Positions 26,357 to 39,365 of a DNA stretch of 64,000 nt are shown in pieces. The notes beneath the pieces were generated by a model. The model had not been told where the DNA came from and searched no databases. It worked only from the letters and a program-made list of their open reading frames with translations. The stretch comes from Lingula anatina. Lineage: Eukaryota; Animalia; Brachiopoda. The stretch lies in the NCBI GenBank assembly GCA_051362555.1, contig CM120640.1, positions 23,050,225 through 23,114,224 on the forward strand, written 5' to 3'. A program made the position numbers and the translations under genes. The stretch's first letter is position 1; each line of letters starts with the position of its first letter.

Positions 26357-27730
26357 GTAAAACTTCTCTTTACCAGAGGCCAGCTGGGTGATGCCGTCAT
26401 TCCTGTAGGAACATTTTGGCTGGTAACAATACAAAACTATAGACAGAATTGGCTACAGAAATATATGTGAACATCTAGTGAAAAATGTCTCTTTGGCCAA
26501 AGTAAAGAGTTGATCAAAACTAAGTTAATCTTAAACATCGAACAATAATTTCATTTTATATCTGTTGCTAACTTTGAATACTTGTCTGACCATACAGTAT
26601 TGTCTCTCAACCCATTCGGCACTGCAAATGCCGAACCGTGCCTATGTTTTTACTTTAAAGTAACTGGGGAATTTTATCTTGCATTTAATCAGATTACTTT
26701 TGATGTTTTCCTGTTCTTCTGCCTCGTTGCCCTTACGAAGGTCGTATTTTTGATGGATTACTTTAATTTCACCTGGATATTTTATAGAAGTGATTTGCAT
26801 ATTTTGACATTTTCACCAACACCTCTGTATATTTCACACCTAACAACCGAATTACATTTCCGTTTATTTTAAATTCTCCAGTTGGTTTTCTGTGGTTGAA
26901 ATGCAGGTCATTACTATATGAGAGGATTGAGTCTAGTTGAGCTGAATAGTTATACAGGAAAAATATTAATTTTCCTCGAAATCGTCACATTATGTACTTA
27001 GAGTCCAGTAAATGTGTAAATCTTTGAATTTTAACTGTATATATGCTAGCCTTTCTGTCTACTTTTTGATTATTTTTAAAACTATTTTTCGTATTCTATC
27101 ACTTCTAAAATAAAACGTGAGTAATATTCTAAAATGGTTATTGTACATGAAAATGAAAAAATCGTTTTTCCACTAATTTTGCAATAGGAGGTGATGGTTG
27201 GAAATGAAAGGTTCCGTCCAAAGTGAGTGGTTTCTTAGCTTGAACATTCCCCCTGGACGTTTCGTTAATTTCATTCTCAGTCTATTTGTTTTGAGAAAAA
27301 TTGTGGTGAACGAATTTACGAAGCTGGCTTTTACTTGTAGATATGAAGTCCCCTGTCACGATTATCGAGCAAGTGAGCAGCGTCCAGTTCGAGTGCTCTA
27401 ACGTCTAGGCAGATGCATATATACCCTAGAACGGATAGACATATTCCCTTGACGACCGAGGATTCTGATAGAAACAGCAAACTTTATAAAAAAAAAAACA
27501 GTATCATACACTTATCAAGATCGAATAATCGCAAGGGAGTACGCTTATTGGGCCTTGTGGGACCTAAAATAAATGGAATTTAGTAATGCGTTTTAGCTCG
27601 AACGGACAAACTGGGCTTCAGTAGAATTAACTTTCTGAAATCGTTTAAAAGCTAGAGCCAATTCTTCAAGAACCGCACATTGGGTTCAACGTGAACACTG
27701 GATAGAGAAGAACAGAAACCATGAAATAAA

Positions 27731-28204
27731 ATGTACAACTGCAGTGAGACGAACGTAACGCAATCAACCATTTCTGGGTCTAGCAGCGGACCAGCCACCG
27801 ACGTAACCAAAGCAACTGTCTATATTATTGTCGTCTTGGCGTTTTACTCGGTTGGGGTAACACTGGGGATAATAACCTATCTGAAGAGAGAGAAGCGAGA
27901 AATCATAGAGAACAAGCTGTACGAGGATTATCTGAATTTTCAAGCTGACCCAGAGCGTAGAAGTCGCCCTGAACGCGTGAGAGAGATGACGGAGCTATTG
28001 TGTAACATGCAGGCTAAGAACCTTGCCAAGCGAGATGTACAAATCAGTCCTCAGTTTGAAGATCCCAAATTGTGCCTCAGTATGGCAAAGATGCTCAAAA
28101 GTAACCACTTTGAAACTGCAGAAATATGCAGTGATGTTTGTACAGATGAGACTCCAAATGTCGTGTTTAAAACTAGTGAAGAAAGTTGGCAGACGGCAGT
28201 GTAA
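27731..28204 (+). CDS. 157-aa single-pass membrane protein, KCNE/MinK-like
   Basis: Single coding exon; N-terminal sequons NCS and NVT without a signal peptide; TM VYIIVVLAFYSVGVTLGIITYL followed by KREKRE; C-terminal QTAV. Probable non-coding 5' exon ending at 25196 (ttcaag/gtaaat) and acceptor at 27340; AATAAA at about 28274 and 28558. Confidence 0.8.
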   Translation: MYNCSETNVTQSTISGSSSGPATDVTKATVYIIVVLAFYSVGVTLGIITYLKREKREIIENKLYEDYLNFQADPERRSRPERVREMTELLCNMQAKNLAKRDVQISPQFEDPKLCLSMAKMLKSNHFETAEICSDVCTDETPNVVFKTSEESWQTAV

Positions 28205-31200
28205 GTGACGAACGAACAAACGCCGTTTTGGATGAAAGTATTTCAAATTCCAAAATATATTTTGGAGCTATGCAATAAAGCAGCGTTGGTAATTCTTGTC
28301 AAAGGAAATGCAGGCAGACTCCAAATGTGACGATGCAGACAGTTTATCGAGCAGTTCCAGACCCTCTGCAAGCAGAACGTGCAAATTATTACAGCTCTTC
28401 AAAGCGGAGATAATTGTCTTTCACCATTGTAAGCAGTCGGGCTAATGGGAGATATACCGTGAAGCAAGAGAGTTCTGAAGATAAATCACATTCGTTATTT
28501 CCTTTGTTTTATTGGTAAAATGCCGCATAAAGTAAAAAAAGCCGAAAATTATGTATCAATAAAGTGCAACTGCATATGATTACAAAATGTTAAAAACTAA
28601 GGACAAAAACCTTGCTGAATTGAGTCATTGTGTAGAAAATGTTTCCAAACTCGTATAGATGCTTTGTTATTGCATATTTAGTATAAACAATTTCTTACAT
28701 TATATTATCGTATTTTGTCTTCTGTTGTACCCTAATATATTATACCTAATCACAGCGGCAGTGGTATGTTTAATTAAATATACTATTAACAGTATTTTTC
28801 CACAATTCTAGACAAATTTGACAACAAGGTCACAAACCCATTGCTTTTTGCACGATGTAGAACTTTTTCAGCCTGTAAAAAAGTGATTGGCACGAGTGCG
28901 TGACATGATCGCGTTAATTCACAAATCACCCTGTCGTGATACATTGAAATGCCGATACAGAGACATCGCGCTGAGATTTCACGGCATGCTATTCACACAA
29001 GTGTAGGAACTGCATAAAAACTAATTTTTCTTCTTTATTATGACGCCTTTCATTCAGTGGTTATGATGTGGCAATAAAACAGACAACACCGAATGACCTT
29101 CGTTTGCTAAACACGCAAGAGGATACACCACATCAGATATAGGCTTACTTATTTGATTCCACGGCTTTTGACATTTTTAAGATATATTGAACGAGGACGT
29201 AAACAGATCAGTTTTCATATACAGGTTAGAGTTTTGCAATAACATCGGAAATAGTCTAAAAAGTGAAATAAACGGGAACATTTTTATCATTTAGTAAGTT
29301 GAAAGTTCTGTTTATCAGCACATCGGCTACCTTCAGTTATGAACCAGAACTTTTTTCTTATCATGAACCACAACAAGGCCATCATTTCACGATATTGCAA
29401 CGAAATTCCAATTTAGAATATTGAACGAGGCTTTGTATATTCATTCCCCAATAACATAATTATGGCTTCACAAGACATACAAGGCACGGTTGGCTAATCT
29501 CTCTGACGTCTAGGCTCTATATTCTATAATTCATCATCTTTGCAAGACATATTGCTAAATAATGCAAAACCCTGGAGGTTTGTAATGACTTAAATTAAAT
29601 CAATCTTTATCTGCTGCATTACTTCTCTCTGCCGCTCTTGTATTCCTGCTCGTGGCGAATTTTCTCCATTTCTTTCAAAAATTTGATTTCTAATGTAAAA
29701 TGAGAATGAATGCAGTTTGGAAGCTTTGGATACAGTTTCCTTTAAATGTGAAGTAGCATTACGCTTTTGGGCAATTGGCCATCTTGGGAATTTTCAGCCA
29801 AACACATCAATATACAGAGACAGTCCAAATAAGAAGAAAACGACAATCGCTGGTTTAGCTGAAAGTTAGGTTTTGATTTTTCGATGGGCTTCTATGGAAC
29901 CAAATTCAAACCGAGTATCAGGTTACACCATAAAATTCATTAAGTGTTTTCTTTTGTTTACGTTGCGTTTTTTTAAAGCAATATATTTAACGTTTTTGAT
30001 GTAGAAGATAGGTGGCATTGCATAATATGCAATGATTTGAGTTTTAATATGTATATGAAGCGAGTGCTTATGTAAAATTATTGCCGCGAAACCCAACCAA
30101 ATGATACCATATAGTTTAAAATAGCATAACGTTAAGAAATGCCACAGTTTCGTTACATTATTTCTTTTAAAAAATATTTGCAGAAATCTGTTTTGCTTAG
30201 ATCTTTTGCAAAGTCAAATTTACGAACAGAAATTGTAAGTGGTATTAAGCCTTTTTGTGCTGCACGAGAGATTAATGCATTTCGGTTGGTTTATCAGGGA
30301 GTACAAGTTGTGCTGTGTTAGAAACTGATACTAAATTATCTACTTACTTAACAGGGCATTTGCTCTCGATTCTTATGTACATGTATCTTTAATTTCAGAA
30401 ACTTGCATACGATGCATGTTTATCCAGGCCATTGACGATCGAGTTAGGTAATAAAGCATGTTACCACACGTGTGGAATATGTCAAGTTTAACGCACTTTT
30501 ACAAGTGTGATAATAGAAAGTATTTTAACTTATGCGTTAATTGTATGGTATCGACGTGCAAATGTAGATGAAAAATTAAACTGAAAAGTTAGTTAAGTGG
30601 TCAAGGGTCGCGATTTGGGCAGAACTTATTCCTATTGAATCTATTTATCTTAATAGGATAGCAAATAAAACAGTGCTATATCATGAGTGACAGTTTCCAT
30701 CCTGATCACAACTTTCTAACCTTTTTACCATGCAACTCTAGGCTTTTACAAGCTTTAAAGGGTAGCAGTCGATTTTATGTAGCTTATATCCTTCATCCAT
30801 ATCCCTTTTTAATAGTCTTTTTTTTTTCATGCATATTTTACATTTTTTCATATAACAACGCTTTTACACAGACAACAATTTATTTTCGATATTGTATCTT
30901 TTATATATTCATTGGCTTCATATCTTACCTTATAGTTTTCTTTTTTTTTACATCAGATATTTCAAATATTCATCATCTTGTTTGAAAATAGCTTTTACAG
31001 AACGAAAGAAAGTAACATCATTATTAACGGGTATTTCCCCAATTCTATCTAAATACTTTGTTGTGAGAAGTATGTCCCACCAACGGAAAAAAATAGCTCA
31101 AGCCCTACGCCGGTGTATGGTTCTACAACACAAAATAATAAACAAAAGAACCACCAAAACAGATAAATATAAAACGAGAGTAGATTCCCTGTCACTCATA

Positions 31201-32048
31201 TAAATCAGTACTAACACTCGAGATCACATGCTAACGGATAAACCGAATTACCCGATTTAAACTGCATCTGCCAAATGACGTAGTAATGATTTTGTCTGCT
31301 GTGCGCGCAACAACATAATTATTTAATTGAAAATTGGCAAAAACGACCGAAGATATTATACATGACACAGAAAGTAAGCAGCAAATGTATGTTCAAAATA
31401 TTTTTACGGAAAAGTAAATCCAAACCTTAAAAATATTTCTCGTTTTGTATGCATCTTTATGGTAAACTGTGGCTGTTGTTCATAAATGAACAATTTTAAA
31501 AAGAGAAACGGAACAACTTTTGTGCATCGAAATGTTGAGTAAAGAGTCAATCCATAAACTCAAACAATAAATAGATTTACTTCAGTTATCTAATCGTCCA
31601 ACAGCCAATTTCAATTAGAGACAGCAGTTAGAGAACTAATGTCCCACTGTAACAATGCATATATTGCAACGCCTCACATTTTAAATTTATAAAGGTAACG
31701 ACCTCCTACTCACTTATGTACACTTCATATCCTTGAAAGTACTTTGTCTTCACAATTAAATGCGAAAATACTTTGTCTTCACAGTAAACTGCAACAAAAT
31801 TAATGATTTAAGATATCTTTAATTTAAAAGTCCGCTCTCAATCAAAATGCAAAAGAAACTAGTAAGTGAGACCAAATTAATCTGTTTTATGTCCAGAAAT
31901 ATTCAGTATAAATAGAGTTACGTAAATTGTTTTATGTGCATCGTGCTCTTAGTTGTTGTAATGTTCTGCTTCAGAGGCAGCTGGTGCACAGATCCAATGG
32001 CATTGCAATAAAAGGGTTTTTCTCTCACATGTATACATTTCAGCAACA

Positions 32049-35000
32049 TCATAAATGGAATTTCCTCCTACTTGTATCCATTTCATGTCTCTGCAAACCA
32101 AATAAATAAGAATTTTAATGGTCAAATTACTGATGCAACAGATTGGAAAACAAAATAAGAAAATTTGATTCATTATTTAGTGGTACTCAATTTATCACGA
32201 TGCTGGTTAAAAAACCGAGAGAGAAATTATTCTTTCTATATACTATAAAATACAAAAATTTGTGCTAGCAACAGCTTTTATTACCTTATGGACCCATTCA
32301 TATTCCCCATACTTGGAGTCAAAGGTACCTTTCTGTAGCGACCTAAGTTTTAATGTAAACCTTGGACCCAATTCTTGTAATCCCACTCTTTTAGAATTTT
32401 TAAACATGTACCTGAAACGAAAAGAAAAATTAACATTTATACAGAAGACATAAAAAATTGCACAGAGCCAAATATCTTAATACCAAATTCCATGTAGATA
32501 GAATGTAAATGATGACAATGACCACTAGGACAAAACATTTCAGTTCTTACTTTACTCATACTGGCTTAAGAAATACTACTATAGTTACAAGCACTTACAT
32601 CATCAAATAAAATGCACAGAAGAAAAAAATTAACACTATTTCTTAAAGTGACAAAGAGTTGGGATCAAATAAAGAAAGGAATCACTATATAAAATCTAAA
32701 AACAACTAGAGACAATTCAATTGAAGACAAATATACTGAAATTCTGTATCTGATGGTCAGTAAATCTGTTCAATTTTCCTAAAACAATTGGAGATAAATC
32801 CCAAACTCAGATTTACCTTAACTGATACCAACAATACAAAATGTTTATTTCTATAGTAACCATGTATTCTTTCTCTGTAGAGTGAAAGTAATTGCTGTCA
32901 CAATAGACAACTCAAAATAACATTTACTTTTAGGCATCAATCTGATCCTTAAAATTAAGGGTGTCTGTTATATTGCAAATGATCTATTTACATAAACTGA
33001 CCTATGCTGCCTGAAGAATATATAATCCCTCTGATTATGGAAAGTGACTACTCTCCTTCCATGGAATTCTGGGTCATGTGGAAAAAGTGATGCTAACATT
33101 CGACCAACAGAATGACCTAGTCTTGTGTTGAAATTATTCAAAATTACTTCAGGCATGTGATCAGACATACTACCCTTTCTCTGAAAGCAAAATTATAACC
33201 AAAATTTTATTATATTTTAAAAAATCATATTACATATGCCAGGATATCAAGATATCGGTCTGTGATTTAAATAGTCACACAAGTGCTAAATATTTTTATG
33301 ATTCATGGCCGAATGCATAAATGGAATGTATGTACATCCATTATTGAATTCAGCAGATTAGCTTTTAACACATGTTGATGCTCACCTTCAACTGTGTAGT
33401 TAATTTGACACTGGACATCTTAAAATGTGCTGTGGGTCCATCTGGTAAGTGTGAAATGACTAGTCCATCTAAGATGACACATCAAGGAAATAGCATCACA
33501 GAAATATCAACAATAGTCATATGTACAGAAGCATCCATTCCATAGGACTGCTTTCGTGTTGTACTATTGCAAATCTGATATCCTATGCAATCTTGTGGGC
33601 ATACATTACCAGTAATACATACCGTAATACATACCAAAGCAATTAATTATTTATCATTGGTATAAAATTTAAGTAAAACAAATCTTAAATTGCACATATG
33701 CCAGTCAAAACAACAAAAGCCAAACAATTTTTTTCAAAATATCAAACAAATGATAAGAAACTGCATTTACTCAGGCTTGGCACAATTAAGATGAGATACT
33801 TATATCTATCATTCAAAGGATACTTGGCTCTTTTCTGTCCTCATGTATAACAAGCAGATCAGTAAAATCCTTTGCCAATGCCTGCGGTATGATTTTTTTC
33901 AAGTCCAAACCTCTTCTGTAGTATAATTCTGAGTTGGGAAAGCATTTCTTAAGTTCCTTACAAAAACAATTTGTTTTCTGAAAAGTATGCAGAGAAATTC
34001 TTAAGTAAAAATAAAATACAAATACTCTTTGAGTGCATTGATTTCTCACAACCAACACAATATCCACTCTAAAAAGTGAACAATAATATTATGGTCCAAC
34101 ACATTGCTCTGGAAGCAATGGCTTTGTTAGAGATCAATTACCAATCAAATTCTGCACAAGCTCACAAATGTGTGGGATTGAGCAAAAGCAAATTTTGAGT
34201 TAACCACACATTGCTTTACCTTGCCAGGCCTGTCACTTGTTGTAATGAGAATCTTTGGGCATGACTGTCTGTTGAAGTATGATGCCATCTCATCTTGAGC
34301 TTCATCTTGTAGCACCTGTTGTTAAGTAAGAATTATTCAATCATATCCAGTCATATAAAATTGGTTGAGCAATCCAATCACGGTTACTGATCAGTTGCCT
34401 CGTGACTACACTTCTGCTTGCAGTTTTTTACTGGCAAAATAATATGTGGCAACTTTAGGTGACAAATTTACTGGAAATGAAATTTGTTATAAACAAGGCT
34501 TTCACTTTTCTAAACAAACCTCATCATCTTCTGGATTCACCATAGTTTCATCTGGCACTCTCATATTTTCTATTGTTTTTGGAACTTTCTTGGGTGGCGC
34601 CTGAAATTTACGTAAAATTAAAATTTTTATTCTTTGTCAACATCAGAATTCACCTTTTTTTACAAAGCCTCCTTATCATTCCCTTGATACCATTTTACCC
34701 AACATATCCAATATACTTCAACGAATATACTTCAAAGGCATAAAAAGTAAAATGAGCCATAGTGTTTTTATTTATTTATCCAAATTACCTGATCCCCAAG
34801 CTCAGCTTCTTCTTGCTTTCTCTTTTTCTTTTCCTTCTTTTTCAGCTGAAATGAAGAAAAAATAGCTATGTATTTCTAATGATGATATTCTCACAGTGCA
34901 GCTCATTACTGTCGCCAAAATAATAGCTAGTCCAAATAACTGGCCTCTACATTAGTCCTCAAATATGTGATCATGCCAATTATAAGTTGTACTCTGGAAA

Positions 35001-35617
35001 GATTGTTACCATTTCATCAGACCTTTGAAGTCATGATGTCCATCTGATAAAAAAATGTTTTGGACTTCAAACAATTAATTTTCTCTTTTAAAATAGTTTT
35101 GAACTATGCTTCATTTTCTTTGGCAACTAGTATGAGACTTAACACCTTATACCTACTTTGGCAACATAGGCATTTTGGCAGGTCACATGCAACTTTACTG
35201 AGATATACCTACTTTGGCAACGTACATATCAAAGTTACTGTATTAGATGTGAAGCAAATGTAAGCTGACGACTGACTGGTCCAAGTTTTCTGTCACTAAC
35301 CCTCTCATTCACGGTTTATGAACTTACTCAACGTCAAAATATCTTATTTATCTATTTATTTATTTATTCATCTTTTTAATGTAGATAGAAGCAAAGTCTG
35401 ATTCATGAACTCAGAATCAGTCGAGCAGCTGTATGTTGGTACTGTGCCAGTGGTGGTATATCCAACAAACTAAAAGTACCTTTATCTGCTGTTTTTTCAT
35501 CTCTCTGAAGGCCTCAGATCTCCTGATTTTGTTCTTGAATCTGGAAATATTAGGTTTCGGGAGTAAAACCTCTGTTTTTTCCGCACGCTCCTCGTCCATG
35601 CTTTTTTCTTTCGCCAT
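32049..35617 (-). CDS. RPF1: Ribosome production factor 1 (Brix domain)
   Basis: Exons 35617(or 35629)-35480, 34845-34789, 34600-34520, 34315-34220, 33977-33824, 33468-33386, 33180-33002, 32411-32285, 32090-32049. Motifs [80 protein letters not shown]. Confidence 0.96.
33469..33823 (-). other. U12-type (minor spliceosome) GT-AG intron in RPF1
   Basis: 5' splice site GTATCCTTT; branch TTTCCTTGAT (33490-33481) about 10 nt before the AG; no strong polypyrimidine tract. Confidence 0.9.
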
Positions 35618-35873
35618 GTTTCTTTGCATCACATTTGACGTAGAGTTTCCCTTAGAAAAATTCCAGAATTACACTTCAAATATCTTCTGTAAAGCATTCG
35701 CTCTCCTTTTATTTATCAAAATAATTCTATAAATCAATCAATATGTAAAAGTATAAGTTAAAGATATGTAAAGATTAAATGATACCATCTTATAACTAAA
35801 ACTAAACTAATGGACTGCTAGCTCTGCACGACATCCCAAGATGAGCTCAGTCGATGTTTTGAGGCTGAATGCA

Positions 35874-35888
35874 ACTGCCCTCTAGCGA
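35874..35888. promoter_or_regulatory. CTCF-like motif upstream of RPF1
   Basis: ACTGCCCTCTAGCGA (reverse TCGCTAGAGGGCAGT) resembles the CTCF core; motif match only. Confidence 0.35.
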
Positions 35889-35999
35889 GCTCTCTGTGTC
35901 ATTGTGTAAGGAAAATTTTGCTGAACAATTTTATTTTTCACAGTAAAGTTTAACTTTAAAATTTCTAAAAATGTCCCAACATCATATTTTTTGTCTTAA

Positions 36000-36311
36000 A
36001 GGGATAATAACTCTTCGTGTGAGATCTATATTACACAATAAAAACATTGTGAATAACTCATAGAAATATAATATATTCTGTTTTACCACAAAAACGGCAG
36101 TTATAGCTATTATTCTGATATCTGAGCTTGTCTTTAGACCTCGTGACCTCCTTTGATGGCTATACTCTGACAAAAAAAAACATTTAGAAAAAAAAGCAGG
36201 GACTAACTTTGAATGTTAAAACGGATTCATTAACCATTGGTAAGTATGGGAGAATTGTTGTTTACTCCAGGAAAATTCATTTTTTGGCCGAAACGAAGAG
36301 TTATTATCCCT
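36000..36311. mobile_element. Kolobok-like non-autonomous DNA transposon, copy 1
   Basis: TTAA on both flanks (35996-35999, 36312-36315); perfect 19-bp TIR agggataataactcttcgt / acgaagagttattatccct; RR...YY termini. Confidence 0.85.
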
Positions 36312-36556
36312 TTAATATCATTCAAAATTGCTTATCATTCCCAATTCAGACTTATAAACGATAAAACTCCTCAAATAAAAGTGTCTGATGTTGACACTTC
36401 CTTTTGAAATTGATCAGGTAGACGTGGCGGTGCAAATTAATCATGATTCGTTAAGAACTAATTAGTTATTTCATTAGAAACTGAACAAAACACCGAATCC
36501 AAGTTCGAGGAAGGGTCGAGGAATGATTTGTGACTATAATTTATTCATTGTTTTTC

Positions 36557-36616
<60 letters not shown>

Positions 36617-36638
36617 CAACAACAACAACAACAATAAT
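36557..36638 (+). repeat. (AAT)n then (AAC)n microsatellite
   Basis: Read directly from the sequence. Confidence 0.95.
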
Positions 36639-37297
36639 GATTCAAATGGGGGTAATTTTTAAGTTTATACTTCAGTAATCGTTAGAGCTACAAAACGTGT
36701 GCATATTGTCTCTGCCAGCGATGTAATGGTTTACCATAGAAAGGTGTGGAGGTGTGATTTATTGGGCGATGACCAATGTTTTCTATGTTTTTGACGTTGG
36801 CAGTTAATTCTTTTTATATCTAAAAGATGCACAATAACTCTATCTTAACATTCATTTTGCAAGTTTTGACATTCCTACGCATAATTACATATAACCTTTT
36901 CGTATTTATAATAATAATTGAATTGTGAAAAAAGAAGACTATGACGAAAATTGCGACCGTAAGATAAATTGAATGATATATATATGAGCAGTGGGCACTC
37001 AAGTTATTTTGACATTTATATTCCCCTTTTTTGTTGATTCATCGTGGTTATGGTTGTGACTCATTACTTTTAAGGAGAAGAAACACGAGAACAGATCTTT
37101 ATTTTCTTTAACATTCAATACAAGGGCTGTATCAATTGTTTGATTTGAAATGGCATACGCCGTGTACAAACACCTCTTGATATAAACGTGTTATTGTATA
37201 TTAAGCTCAGTGAACTGGACAAAGAGAACAAATAGTCAACGGGTTTACCGACTACTGGACAGTAAGAACCAACTGTTAGGATATTTTAACTTAGATG

Positions 37298-37397
37298 CAG
37301 TTTCGGTTACTGGATTCGAGTCCCCGTGACGTCAAGCTAAGGTAGGCTAAGTAGGTTAAGGTGTCCCGCGCGACCGCCTTTGTATTCTGCTATAAAT
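37298..37397 (+). promoter_or_regulatory. TRIM promoter: ISRE-like element, CRE palindrome, TATA box
   Basis: CAGTTTCGGTTAC 37298-37310; TGACGTCA 37327-37334; TATAAAT 37391-37397; followed by a non-coding exon ending at donor 37570/gtaagt and an acceptor at 37890. Confidence 0.55.
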
Positions 37398-37937
37398 TCA
37401 TATTGTTATTGAGCACTATTCTTCACAGCATATAATCGATCTGCCACAAAGGCAAAGTCTTGTCGATTTGAATGTCGCCTTATTCACGGTCGCAGTAAGC
37501 TAACATAGTCTCGGCACACAAAGCGCGATGAAGTTATAAGCCCGTATCCTATGTACATTTGCCAGTTCAGGTAAGTTGAGAACAACGGCTGGAAAAATAT
37601 TAAAAACAGCGCTTCGTTTTTCGTGACTTGACGGGACATTTTGATAAGTAAGTAGGGGGTATGTCTGATGGTATCAGCCAACACATTCATATGACTCCTT
37701 TAGAGACCTTTTATTAAAGTGAATAGAGATACCATCGGCTTGGCTTGGTCCCAGCGCGCGACCTCGGGGGCACATTTAAAAGTGTCACGGGTGCCATCTT
37801 AGAAATGGTGACAACATGTATAATTTATGACTTTTTGGATACACCTAAATGCGCGTCATGCTCTAAAACTTGTCGCATACTTTCTTTTAGATTCAAGAGA
37901 TAGGAAATCCACCAAGCAGATTGCTGAATTACAGAAT

Positions 37938-39365
37938 ATGTCTGGGGACATGTCGATTCCTGGGACATCCAAGACACAACCGAAACCCTCCCCTGATGCA
38001 TACGCAAGCCTTTCGACGCAGATCAACGAAGACTTTCTCACGTGTCAAATATGCATGGAACTTTTCAAAGAACCAAAGGGCCTGCCATGTTACCATACGT
38101 TCTGTTTAGGGTGTATAGAGGATTATTTACGGCGTCTAAACCCTAAATATGGTACTGCGGGCTTTCAGATGAAATTCTCTTGCCCAGTGTGTTGCAAAGA
38201 AATTCAAGTACCAGAAGAAGGTGCTAAGGGGTTTCCAACTAATCTGTTGGCTAACAATCTCAAGGAAAAACTACAAAAACGTAAGCGTGCTCTTCTCCAA
38301 AATGTCACAGAAGAAAACCTATGTGTGTGCGGTACCGTTGCCTTGTCCATCTGCCTGGAATGCGATCAGCTGCTATGTGGCCATTGTGAAAAGTCACACA
38401 AAGCCCTCAAAATTACCGAGGCACACGAGATCATGTTGCTCAAAGATTACAGCAGCGCTGACAGCAAAACCACGATGCTTCAGAGAAGAAAAATAAAATG
38501 CCGTAGCCATCCTGCTGAAATTTTAACTTATTACTGCATTGATGATAGTGAAGTTATTTGCAGGGAATGCGTTGTCAAGTCGCACAGCAAACACAATTTC
38601 ATTGAGCTGACATCGGTAGCAGACAAGCACAGAGGCCAGTTACAAAATATGCTGAAAGTCGTCAAAGGGAATACAGAAAAACACCAAGCAGCTATTAAAG
38701 AACATGAAAACGCAACCTTGTCGCTAGAAACTTCGAAGTCCGGATTAAAGCAGAAAGTCGAAGACCGCTACGAGAAACTTGTTACTCAACTAGGCAAACA
38801 CAAAGAAAAATTAATGGAAAAAATCGACAATGAGTTCGAACAGCAAATGCGTGGACTTTCCCTAAGCTTGGCCGCACTCAAGGATGGATGCGTTACGTCT
38901 CAAGGTTTAGCTGGGTTTATTGAGGAACTGGAAACGTGTGGATGTGATGCCGAGGTAGCTACATATGTTCAAAGTTTGGAAGGGAAAGTTGAGAAGCTGG
39001 ATATCGTGCCTGCCAAAAAACCAGTGAACAGCGCCGATGTTTTCATATCCTCTCCCAATAGTGACCTCACAGATGGGAAAGTATTAGATAGCTTATTCGG
39101 AAGAGTTCAGACAAGGAAAGAAAGTGCCGAGGAGTCCTCAAAGAGCGCAAGATCACACAGCAGTCCAACTCTAGATGTGGGGGGTAGTAACCAGCCCAGC
39201 AATCCTGGTGCGTCGTCCGCTGCAGCAGGGCGTGTATATTTGCCACATGAAGGCAGCAGGGGTGTGCAAGGACGACACAACCAACAGGTGCAACAAAGAG
39301 ACGTGCGGCAACGTGCACGTATACCTCAGAGGGCTGACAAACACAAGAGCTGTAGCTCTCAGTGA
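37938..39365 (+). CDS. Tripartite-motif E3 ligase (RING, B-box1, B-box2, coiled coil; TRIM56/TRIM2/3-like), single coding exon
   Basis: C3HC4 RING CQIC...LPCYHTFCLGC...CPVC; B-box1 CVC...CLECDQLLCGHC...H...H; B-box2 CRSH...YYC...ICREC...H; long coiled coil. The true start is probably 37938 because the ORF-track ATG at 37827 lies upstream of the acceptor at 37890. C-terminal frame uncertain (see findings). Confidence 0.9.
   Translation: MSGDMSIPGTSKTQPKPSPDAYASLSTQINEDFLTCQICMELFKEPKGLPCYHTFCLGCIEDYLRRLNPKYGTAGFQMKFSCPVCCKEIQVPEEGAKGFPTNLLANNLKEKLQKRKRALLQNVTEENLCVCGTVALSICLECDQLLCGHCEKSHKALKITEAHEIMLLKDYSSADSKTTMLQRRKIKCRSHPAEILTYYCIDDSEVICRECVVKSHSKHNFIELTSVADKHRGQLQNMLKVVKGNTEKHQAAIKEHENATLSLETSKSGLKQKVEDRYEKLVTQLGKHKEKLMEKIDNEFEQQMRGLSLSLAALKDGCVTSQGLAGFIEELETCGCDAEVATYVQSLEGKVEKLDIVPAKKPVNSADVFISSPNSDLTDGKVLDSLFGRVQTRKESAEESSKSARSHSSPTLDVGGSNQPSNPGASSAAAGRVYLPHEGSRGVQGRHNQQVQQRDVRQRARIPQRADKHKSCSSQ

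Noticed and set aside
37827-37937. N-terminal 37 aa of the 512-aa TRIM ORF
   Set aside because: The ATG lies upstream of a good acceptor (tttcttttag 37890) paired with the donor at 37570, so it is probably intronic.
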